Assembly (NCBI GenBank): GCA_964651785.1
Contig: CAZYWJ010000002.1
Location: forward strand, 3,834-67,833
Direction of reading: 5' to 3'
Length of the DNA stretch: 64,000 bases
Source of the DNA: an uncultured Cryomorphaceae bacterium
GTDB lineage: Bacteria > Bacteroidota > Bacteroidia > Flavobacteriales_D > Cryomorphaceae
The position numbers and the translations under genes were made by a program. Under the pieces are notes generated by a model. The model had not been told where the DNA came from and searched no databases. It was given only the letters and a program-made list of their open reading frames with translations. Within the stretch, counting starts at the first letter, position 1. Each line of letters starts with the position of its first letter. Positions 48,186 to 55,327 of this stretch are shown here, in pieces.

Positions 48186-48764
48186 ATGATCAAGATAGCC
48201 ATTTTCGCTTCGGGGGCAGGAACGAATGCCGCAAAAATCATCGATTATTTCCGTAGTGATGACGACATAACCGTGGATTTAGTTATTAGTAATAAACCGG
48301 AAGCGGGAGTTTTAACCGTTGCTCAGGAAAGTTTTATTGCATCAGAAATCTTTACTCGGGAGAGTATTAATACTGACCACTACTCCCTTCTGAACCTATT
48401 GCAGTCAAGGGATATTGACTTCATTGTCTTGGCAGGCTTTCTCTTAAAATTGCCTGAAAATATCGTGGCAGCCTATGAAGGCCGAATTCTCAATATTCAT
48501 CCATCTCTTTTGCCAAAATATGGAGGTAAGGGAATGTATGGTGATAATGTGCATCGCGCTGTTTTGGAAGCTCGAGAGTCAAAATCGGGAATTACCATTC
48601 ACCAAGTCAATAATGAATATGACCGTGGTGAAATCGTCTTTCAAAAAGAAATAAGCATCGACCCGAGTGAGACTCTTGAATCATTGAAAAGAAAAATTCA
48701 GGAATTGGAACACCGCTATTTTCCGAAAGTCATAGAAGCTGAAGTAAAAAAGATGCCAAGATGA
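48186..48764 (+). CDS. purN: phosphoribosylglycinamide formyltransferase
   Basis: 192 aa with IAIFASGAGTN, LAGF and ILNIHPSLLPKYGGKGMYG. Confidence 0.9.
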   Translation: MIKIAIFASGAGTNAAKIIDYFRSDDDITVDLVISNKPEAGVLTVAQESFIASEIFTRESINTDHYSLLNLLQSRDIDFIVLAGFLLKLPENIVAAYEGRILNIHPSLLPKYGGKGMYGDNVHRAVLEARESKSGITIHQVNNEYDRGEIVFQKEISIDPSETLESLKRKIQELEHRYFPKVIEAEVKKMPR

Positions 48765-49243
48765 AGGTTGTGATATATACAGACGGGGCTTCTCGCGGCA
48801 ATCCGGGACCGGGAGGTTATGGTGCCGTTTTAATTTCTGAAAAAGGACATCAGAAAAAGATTGCTGAAGGCTTTAGAAAAACAACCAACAACAGAATGGA
48901 GTTGCTCAGCGTGATTAAGGCACTCGAAGCGCTTAAAAAACCCTGTGAGGTGATCGTTTTCTCTGACAGCAAATATGTAGTAGACGCAGTAGAAAAGGGT
49001 TGGGTGCATGCATGGCAGAAAAAGGGTTTTGCTAAAAAAAAGAATCCCGATTTATGGAAACGGTTTCTGAATGTGGCTAAAAACCACAAAATTTCATTCG
49101 AATGGGTTAAAGGTCATGCAGGAAACAAGTTCAATGAAATGTGTGACAAAATGGCTGTGGCCGCGGCTCAAAAATCAAATTTACCGCCAGACCAAGGCTA
49201 CGAAAATACGACTGAAGACAATGGAATGTTTTCTACTGAGTGA
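48761..49243 (+). CDS. rnhA: ribonuclease HI
   Basis: 160 aa with IYTDGASRGNPGPGGYG, TNNRMEL, SDSKYV and WVKGHAG...NE.CD. Confidence 0.92.
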   Translation: MKVVIYTDGASRGNPGPGGYGAVLISEKGHQKKIAEGFRKTTNNRMELLSVIKALEALKKPCEVIVFSDSKYVVDAVEKGWVHAWQKKGFAKKKNPDLWKRFLNVAKNHKISFEWVKGHAGNKFNEMCDKMAVAAAQKSNLPPDQGYENTTEDNGMFSTE

Positions 49244-50162
49244 GCAGAATATCAAAGTCAACTAAATCCACGAATCGTTGAATTCGAACATCGATTTCAT
49301 TTTCATCAAGAGAAAGTAGTCTTTCCGTACCGAATTCCTCAACCGTAAAACTGGCCATGGCCGATCCGAGCACCACCGCTCTTTTCATGTTTTCAAAAGA
49401 TAAATCGCCTGACTGAGCCAGATATCCGATAAATCCTCCGGCAAAAGTGTCGCCTGCGCCCGTCGGGTCTTTAACCTCCTCGAGAGGTAATGCAGGAGAA
49501 AAAAACATGCTGTCTTCATTTACCAGCAAAGCACCGTTTTCTCCTTTTTTTATAACGAGATGCGATGGGCCCATCTTTAAAATTTTCTGAGCCGCCTTTA
49601 CCAAAGAGTATTCTTCACTGAGCTGACGTGCCTCTTCATCATTAATAGTAAGTACATCAACTTTTGAAATCACCTCTTTCAGCTTATCCATGGCAATGTC
49701 CATCCAAAAATTCATCGTGTCCAAGACAATGAGTTTTGGTCGTTCATTTAATTGATTGATAACACTCAATTGGACGGCGGGATCCAAATTTCCCAACATC
49801 AGGTATTCGCAATTTTTATAGCTCTGGGGCAAGACGGGGTTAAAATCGGCCAATACATTCAGCTGAGTATCCAATGTATCTCGTGAGTTCATATCGTAGT
49901 GATACCTTCCGGACCAAAAAAATGATTTCTCACCTTTTTTCACTTGCAATCCTTCCTGATGGATTCCTCTTTCCTTTAATTTTTCCAAAAAGTCTTTGGG
50001 GAAATCATCTCCGATAACAGATACAAGGTTAACATCCATCCCTGTAAGATATGATGCTGCCAGACTGATGTACGAGGCTGCACCCCCTACTATCTTGTCT
50101 GATTTTCCGAAAGGGGTGGCAATTTGGTCAAAGGCTACTGTTCCTACTACGATAAGACTCAT
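49233..50162 (-). CDS. PfkB-family carbohydrate kinase
   Basis: It carries DPTGAGDTFAGGF, the PfkB signature 2. ATG 50162 (MSLIVVGTVAFD) is preferred to track position 50243. Confidence 0.8.
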   Translation of the reverse strand: MSLIVVGTVAFDQIATPFGKSDKIVGGAASYISLAASYLTGMDVNLVSVIGDDFPKDFLEKLKERGIHQEGLQVKKGEKSFFWSGRYHYDMNSRDTLDTQLNVLADFNPVLPQSYKNCEYLMLGNLDPAVQLSVINQLNERPKLIVLDTMNFWMDIAMDKLKEVISKVDVLTINDEEARQLSEEYSLVKAAQKILKMGPSHLVIKKGENGALLVNEDSMFFSPALPLEEVKDPTGAGDTFAGGFIGYLAQSGDLSFENMKRAVVLGSAMASFTVEEFGTERLLSLDENEIDVRIQRFVDLVDFDILLTQ

Positions 50163-50292
50163 TTTGTACAGAAAATTTTGCGCAAAGATATTGGTAATTC
50201 CCAACTTTTGCTGTAATCTTGCACTCCGATTTTCAAAAAGCACCTGAACGAAGGTTGAGATTTCTGAATAATCGAAGTTAAAAGATATTTAT

Positions 50293-50366
50293 TCCTCCTT
50301 AGCTCAGCTGGTTAGAGCATCTGACTGTTAATCAGAGGGTCCATGGTTCGAGTCCATGAGGGGGAG
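50293..50366 (+). tRNA. tRNA-Asn (anticodon GTT)
   Basis: Hand-folded cloverleaf. Acceptor is TCCTCCT/AGGGGGA, D arm AGCTCAGCTGGTTAGAGC, anticodon stem TCTGA/TCAGA with loop CT-GTT-AA, 5-nt variable loop, and T arm CATGG-TTCGAGT-CCATG. No CCA is encoded. Confidence 0.9.
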
Positions 50367-50404
50367 CTTTAAAAGGGGTGGCACTGGCCATCCCTTTTTT
50401 GTTT
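50343..50404 (+). repeat. direct repeat copy 1 (62 bp: tRNA T arm, acceptor 3' strand, terminator)
   Basis: Identical by eye to 50726-50787. An additional 20-bp block at 50316-50335 (anticodon arm) equals 50689-50708. Confidence 0.85.
50375..50400 (+). terminator. rho-independent terminator after tRNA-Asn (copy 1)
   Basis: GGGGTGGC-ACTG-GCCATCCC hairpin (one G-U pair) followed by T6. Confidence 0.75.
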
Positions 50405-50704
50405 ATGAAATATTACGTTTACATACTGAAGTCAAAAAGTACTGACACGTTTTATATTGGTCAGTCTTCCGATATTGAACAACGAATGGATTTTCACAAT
50501 TTTGGTACTGCTGATAAATTCACTCTTCGCCACAGACCTTGGGAGATTTATCTTTTAATTAATTGTTCAGACAGGACTCAAGCACGAAAAGTTGAGAACC
50601 ATTTAAAGAGGATGAAGTCCAAAACATATCTAAGAAATCTGAAAAAGTTTCCTGAAATGCAAAGTAAGCTTTTACAAAAATATTCTCAAGCATCTGACTG
50701 TTAA
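50405..50704 (+). CDS. GIY-YIG nuclease family protein (short, URI-domain only, COG2827/YhbQ-like)
   Basis: MKYYVYILKSKSTDTFYIGQSSDIEQRMDFHN...ARKVENHLKR carries the GIY...YIG, Arg and Glu motifs. The ATG directly abuts the terminator T-tract. The last five codons and the stop (CAA GCA TCT GAC TGT TAA) are encoded by the duplicated tRNA anticodon arm. Confidence 0.85.
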   Translation: MKYYVYILKSKSTDTFYIGQSSDIEQRMDFHNFGTADKFTLRHRPWEIYLLINCSDRTQARKVENHLKRMKSKTYLRNLKKFPEMQSKLLQKYSQASDC

Positions 50705-50749
50705 TCAGTCCCGATAGCTATCGGGATGGTTCGAGTCCATGAGGGGGAG
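50689..50749 (+). pseudogene. partial second copy of tRNA-Asn (anticodon arm to 3' end), with the variable loop replaced by an 18-nt palindrome
   Basis: AGCATCTGACTGTTAATCAG + TCCCGATAGCTATCGGG + ATGGTTCGAGTCCATGAGGGGGAG. No acceptor 5' strand or D arm lies upstream, and the first T-stem base pair is disrupted. Confidence 0.8.
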
Positions 50750-50787
50750 CTTTAAAAGGGGTGGCACTGGCCATCCCTTTTTTGTTT
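50726..50787 (+). repeat. direct repeat copy 2 (62 bp), including a second terminator hairpin at 50758-50783
   Basis: Identical by eye to 50343-50404, at an offset of 383 bp. Confidence 0.85.
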
Positions 50788-50884
50788 TCAGTAAAATAAT
50801 GAAGAGTTTCCAAAAGTCCGACGGAATTTTGGTGATTCCTCTATCTTTAGCCCCAAAATTTATCACATTTCAACCCTATCATAA

Positions 50885-51724
50885 ATGGAAAAGAAACTCT
50901 TTCTGGTCCCAACGGACTTCAGTAAAGTAGGTGACTGTGCTTTAAATCATGCAGTAAGAGTTGCCGAAATAACCAAAGCCTCGATCACTCTACTTCATGT
51001 GGTGGCAAAGCAAGAAATGTTGGAGGATGCAAGAATGAAGTTGAAGTTGGCAAAAGAGCGCACGTTGGAAGAATATAATTTCGAAGTGAATACAGTAGCC
51101 CGAGTGGGTTCTATTTTTGAAGATATCGGCGATCTGGCTGAAGAACTTGAAGCTACTTTAGTAATCATGGGTACGCACGGGTTAAGAGGTATGCAATTCA
51201 TTACCGGAAGCCGTGCCTTGAAAATCGTCACCAGTGCACCTACTCCATTTATTATAGTTCAAGAGAAAGAGATTCAGGAAAACGGATACGATGATATCGT
51301 GGTACCTCTGGATTTGCATAAAGAAACCAAGCAGAAATTGTCTTTGGTGGCTGATATGGCAAAGTATTTTGATTCACGTGTTCATATAATTGTGCCGGGG
51401 GAGTCCGATGAATTTTTGAGGAATCAAATCGCCAGGAACCTCAATTACGCGGAAAGCTTTTTTGAACAGATGAACATCCCTTACACCTCAAGAATTGCAT
51501 CCGGCAAAAAAGATTTTGACGACACCATTATTGATTATGCAGCGGAAATTGATGCGGACTTAATTTCCTTGATGAATCTTCCCGAGATAAGTCTGGCCAA
51601 CTTGATCGGTGGAAATTACGTGCAGAATATCATCACCAATAAACCTCAAATCCCGGTATTAATCATGAATCCGAGAGAGGTTTCAAACATCAGTATTTTC
51701 GGTGCTTATGTCGGAGTGGGTTAG
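50885..51724 (+). CDS. universal stress protein family protein (tandem Usp domains)
   Basis: 279 aa. The first domain reads LVPTDFSKVGDCALNHA...VIMGTHGLRG, and a second Usp-like half follows. Confidence 0.75.
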   Translation: MEKKLFLVPTDFSKVGDCALNHAVRVAEITKASITLLHVVAKQEMLEDARMKLKLAKERTLEEYNFEVNTVARVGSIFEDIGDLAEELEATLVIMGTHGLRGMQFITGSRALKIVTSAPTPFIIVQEKEIQENGYDDIVVPLDLHKETKQKLSLVADMAKYFDSRVHIIVPGESDEFLRNQIARNLNYAESFFEQMNIPYTSRIASGKKDFDDTIIDYAAEIDADLISLMNLPEISLANLIGGNYVQNIITNKPQIPVLIMNPREVSNISIFGAYVGVG

Positions 51725-51732
51725 CGTGAAAT

Positions 51733-53535
51733 TCAGACCTTAACCGCCATTACCAAAATATCGTCTATTTGCTCCTGTGGAGTTTCACCTGCATGGAGCC
51801 ATTGATACATGGTCTCGTCCAGCACCTTATACCGCGTCTCGGCGTTTTCTGTAGATATGGATAAGAGCAATCGGCGGAAAGGTTCATACATAAATTTTCT
51901 TCCTTGTACTCCGCCAAATTGATCTACGTATCCATCACTGAAAATGTAAATCATATCGCCTTTTCTTAAATTTATTCGATATGGAGTAAATTCTTCATGC
52001 ATCGACTCTGTAGATCCTATGCTTATTTTATCTGCACGATAGATTTCAATTTTTTTGTCACGCACTAAATAAAGCGGATTATAAGCGCCGGCGTAGTCCA
52101 GCGTCATGCTTTCTCTATCCAATACACAAAGGGCTAAATCCATTCCATCACGGACTCCAAACTCTGTATTTTGGTCTGAATTGAGTGCTTTTGATGAAAG
52201 TCGATTCAAATCGCGAAGTATGTCTGCGGGATTCAATCCCGGATTCAATCGAATTGCGCTATTCAAAGCATTATGACCCACCAAACTCATAAATGCGCCT
52301 GGCACCCCATGCCCGGTGCAGTCTACTGCTGCAAAAACTACCTTTCCGTTGTACTCATTCACAAAATAGAAATCACCGGAAACAATATCTTTCGGCTTAA
52401 AGTATATACTACTTTCCGGCAATAAGTTTCTGACCCGCCTTTTTGACGGAAGAATATTCTCTTGTAATCTTCGAGCATATTTGATAGAAGCCGTGATATT
52501 TTCCAGCAGTTCTTTTCGCTGTTCGTTCTGCTCTTGAATTTTATCCTTTTGCTCATTCAGGTCTCTCGTCGCTTCAGCAAGATCCTTTTTGTAATCTTCA
52601 TCCCGTTTTTTCAATTCTCTTCTCATCTCCAAGAGAGCCTTTCCCAGTGTATCTTCGTTAGAAAGTGGTTCGTACTCGGTGTCGTACTTGCCATCACGTA
52701 CATTGTTGGAAAATTCCGTCGTACGTTTTAGCCCTTGAACCAATTGCTCCAAGGCCAAACTCATCTCTCCTATCTCGTCTCCGGTATCTACTGTAGCTTT
52801 TTCCGGAAATTTTCCCTTCCCCAAGATCAATAAGGTTTCTCTCAGGCTTCTTACGGGAACCACAATGCTTTTTACGGTTAAATAGGCAATAATGAGCCCT
52901 ACCACGAAAAGTCCGACTCCGAGAATGATCAAATACGTCTCTAACTTATTAAAGGCATCAATCATGGTTACACTATCCGTTGTAATGTTGATCCGTTGAT
53001 CGGCTATTAATGAACTCAACTCATCAATCACAACCTGAGATTGTTGATCTATACTACCACCCTCTTCCACTAATTCTATCATGGCAAAACGAGCGAAAGG
53101 CATGTCATAACTTTTCATGTCGACCATGGTCCTCTGCACATTGTCATATAGTTCGAACATTTCGTCCAATTCGGAGTAAACCTTCTCCTTTTGGCGGCGT
53201 TCGCTTTCACTCCAGTGAAAACTCAATGAATCAATATTCTGCTTTACCCCGGGAATTTCATCTCTTATGAGTTTTTTCAAAGAGATTTTTTCTTTGGTAT
53301 CCTCTCTGGATTGAACCAGAGCCCACATGGAAATGAGTGTTTTCGATCGAAGGATATCACTCTTTAGTTTTTCCAAAGAAGAAACCGACGGATTGTAGAT
53401 ATCATTAATATTATTGTTCATCTCCCTCCCGGTAGAAAGGGTCTGATAGGTAAGAAAGGCAAGGATGAGGGTAGTCAGTATCAGCATACCAAAACCAACT
53501 CCGATTTTTCGACTAATGGTAAAGCGGAAACTCAT
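51733..53535 (-). CDS. transmembrane HAMP-domain PP2C-type (SpoIIE/RsbU-like) serine phosphatase
   Basis: 600 aa. Architecture is TM1, a periplasmic segment of about 170 aa, TM2, HAMP (VPVRSLRETLLILGKGKF...GDEIGEM), a coiled coil, then a PP2C domain (SGDFYFV...AVDCTGHGVPGAFMS...FSDGYVDQFGG). Confidence 0.8.
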   Translation of the reverse strand: MSFRFTISRKIGVGFGMLILTTLILAFLTYQTLSTGREMNNNINDIYNPSVSSLEKLKSDILRSKTLISMWALVQSREDTKEKISLKKLIRDEIPGVKQNIDSLSFHWSESERRQKEKVYSELDEMFELYDNVQRTMVDMKSYDMPFARFAMIELVEEGGSIDQQSQVVIDELSSLIADQRINITTDSVTMIDAFNKLETYLIILGVGLFVVGLIIAYLTVKSIVVPVRSLRETLLILGKGKFPEKATVDTGDEIGEMSLALEQLVQGLKRTTEFSNNVRDGKYDTEYEPLSNEDTLGKALLEMRRELKKRDEDYKKDLAEATRDLNEQKDKIQEQNEQRKELLENITASIKYARRLQENILPSKRRVRNLLPESSIYFKPKDIVSGDFYFVNEYNGKVVFAAVDCTGHGVPGAFMSLVGHNALNSAIRLNPGLNPADILRDLNRLSSKALNSDQNTEFGVRDGMDLALCVLDRESMTLDYAGAYNPLYLVRDKKIEIYRADKISIGSTESMHEEFTPYRINLRKGDMIYIFSDGYVDQFGGVQGRKFMYEPFRRLLLSISTENAETRYKVLDETMYQWLHAGETPQEQIDDILVMAVKV

Positions 53536-53551
53536 AAGTTTTAAGCTGATA

Positions 53552-54454
53552 CTACTTTTTTAGTCCGCTATCTTGTTTTTCGAGTATTCCTTGATAGTGC
53601 TCACTTTCTTCCTCCTTATTTAAGTTGAAGGTGATAATCTTAAGCGCTTTGATAACGTCTATTTTTGTGGAATCAATTTCATATGCCTTAAGCATGAATG
53701 GCAAAGCCATCTCAATACTTCTCATACTTTCGGACTGAATTTCGACCAAATCATAGACATCTACATAAGGCAATCGCTCCAGATTGTACGCACCCCTGTT
53801 GTAATAGGATACTCCCAGCGAAAACCAAGCTTCAAAACTATTGGGATCCAAGTCCAAAACTTTGTCCATAAAGTCATTGGATACTTGCCAATGTTGATCA
53901 TAACGTTCCCTGTTCGATTCATAAATTTTCCGATGAGCGGTAGACATGGCCAAGAAATATTCCACATCTTTATCGGTAAGGGTCGTGTCGGGTCTCAAAC
54001 TTATGACTATGTCTTTATAATTTGCGTATTGATCTTCAGCCAATGACATCCGATCGGGGTCATGAGCTTTTATCAAATCAGATGCATCATTGAAGTAAGA
54101 AATGGCTAAGTATTTCAATGCTTTTTCGTTTTGATCTTCCAGCACTCCCTTTTTATCGTATTTGCGAGAATTAATGAATGAGCTTACTGACTCACTTCTG
54201 TATTTTGAGGCAGATTCATTTTGCCTGTTCTTCACAAACAAATCCTTGTAGATGAAGCCACGAATATGCCATACCGTTTCATCCTTGCTGCCGTTATCCA
54301 ATTCCACAGCTTTGTTGATAACGGATTTGGCTTGCTCATGATCTCCGGCTAATTGAAGTTTATATGCAGTTTGAATCAATTCATTTACTGATTGCCCAAA
54401 TGAAGTCATTTGGAAAGCGGAAAAGAGCAGTATTATTAAAACACGAACTATCAT
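53552..54454 (-). CDS. secreted TPR-like repeat protein
   Basis: 300 aa with a signal peptide and helical repeats (AYKLQLAGDHEQAKSVINKAVELD; WFSLGVSYYNRGAY). The family call is weak. Confidence 0.5.
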   Translation of the reverse strand: MIVRVLIILLFSAFQMTSFGQSVNELIQTAYKLQLAGDHEQAKSVINKAVELDNGSKDETVWHIRGFIYKDLFVKNRQNESASKYRSESVSSFINSRKYDKKGVLEDQNEKALKYLAISYFNDASDLIKAHDPDRMSLAEDQYANYKDIVISLRPDTTLTDKDVEYFLAMSTAHRKIYESNRERYDQHWQVSNDFMDKVLDLDPNSFEAWFSLGVSYYNRGAYNLERLPYVDVYDLVEIQSESMRSIEMALPFMLKAYEIDSTKIDVIKALKIITFNLNKEEESEHYQGILEKQDSGLKK

Positions 54455-54455
54455 A

Positions 54456-54980
54456 TCATTCGACCTTTCTGGCTAGACTTTTTAATGTTGCGCCGATATA
54501 AAGTGACTCGGCATTGGAGGTTTTTAAGTCAAAAAGCCAATTAGTTTCATTCCAAACAAATGCAATGGCAGATCCATCTTTTAAAGTAGATTCACCGTCG
54601 CTTACAATAAGTGTTGGCGTATTTTGAAATTTTTCTGCAATTTGAGGAAGCAAATCGAGACTCTCCTTTCCGACATAAATTATATGACAATCGCTGATTT
54701 TCAGCGTCTGAGAAAGTTTTCTGATTTCTATTTGTTGTAAACCAATTTGCTTGGAGTTATAATTCTTAACCAATTCCTGATACAGATTGTCTCCACCCAT
54801 AACGGAAATCACGAAGTTTCCCGTTTTTTCACTCTCCGGCCAGTCGATGTACTTTCCGAAATTGTATAAATAACTTGCCTTCACGAGTGCTCCCGTGTCT
54901 TTTTCATTCATCTCAGGCAACTGAGGATCCTGAAAGAAAATGGACAAGAATATTGAAAGAAACAGGGTAAATTTCTTCAT
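54456..54980 (-). CDS. YfiR-family (DUF4154) periplasmic protein
   Basis: 174 aa with a signal peptide. LVKASYLYNFGKYIDWPE...FVISVMG...CHIIYVG...TLIVSD...GSAIAF matches the YfiR/DUF4154 pattern. Confidence 0.7.
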   Translation of the reverse strand: MKKFTLFLSIFLSIFFQDPQLPEMNEKDTGALVKASYLYNFGKYIDWPESEKTGNFVISVMGGDNLYQELVKNYNSKQIGLQQIEIRKLSQTLKISDCHIIYVGKESLDLLPQIAEKFQNTPTLIVSDGESTLKDGSAIAFVWNETNWLFDLKTSNAESLYIGATLKSLARKVE

Positions 54981-55327
54981 ATGGTTTCTTTGCCAAAAGA
55001 ATGGCGAAGTATAGCCTTAAAAATCACGCTTAGCGAAGAGAAGTTTAAGGAGTTATTAAGTATTGAGAGTTACTTAGTGCGTTTCTACGTTAAACACACA
55101 ATTTTGTTCTGATTTTTACTACTCGTTTTTTATGGACTCATCTGACAAAATTCTGTGACCGAGTATCTGTTTTATTTTTTAATAAACACTCGCCATACAA
55201 ATCGGTTGCCGTAATTTATCATATCGCGTTTTGAATTACAGCAAATATAACTGAACACACAGATGATAAAACTATCATGTACCATCATAAAAAGGACGGT
55301 TGAATAATAGCTATCTTCACCGAATTC

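Noticed and set aside
50378-50404. The track's GTG start (MALAIPFLF...) for the GIY-YIG ORF.
   Set aside because: These codons lie inside the terminator hairpin and T-tract. The conserved GIY-YIG N-terminus begins at ATG 50405 (MKYYVYIL).
50689-50749. A possible second functional tRNA gene (tandem tRNA-Asn) downstream of the GIY-YIG ORF.
   Set aside because: Only the anticodon arm, T arm and acceptor 3' strand are present. The sequence upstream (…AAGCTTTTACAAAAATATTCTCA) has no acceptor 5' strand or D arm. The variable loop is replaced by a 17-nt insert and the first T-stem pair is broken.
50293-50787. A group I intron or intron-encoded homing endonuclease interrupting a tRNA gene.
   Set aside because: The first tRNA copy is continuous and folds completely without splicing. 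The GIY-YIG ORF lies after the tRNA terminator, not inside the anticodon loop.
50739-50930. A 63-aa ORF (MRGSFKRGGTGHPFF...).
   Set aside because: It is read out of the duplicated tRNA/terminator sequence and the Usp promoter region. It is low-complexity and has no coding signal.
54981-55327. A 347-bp intergenic region upstream of rnr and the YfiR-like operon, and a 315-bp region at 62458-62772, as possible sRNA or riboswitch loci.
   Set aside because: I could recognise no conserved riboswitch or RNA-family core, strong hairpin or repeat by eye. They are most simply divergent promoter regions.
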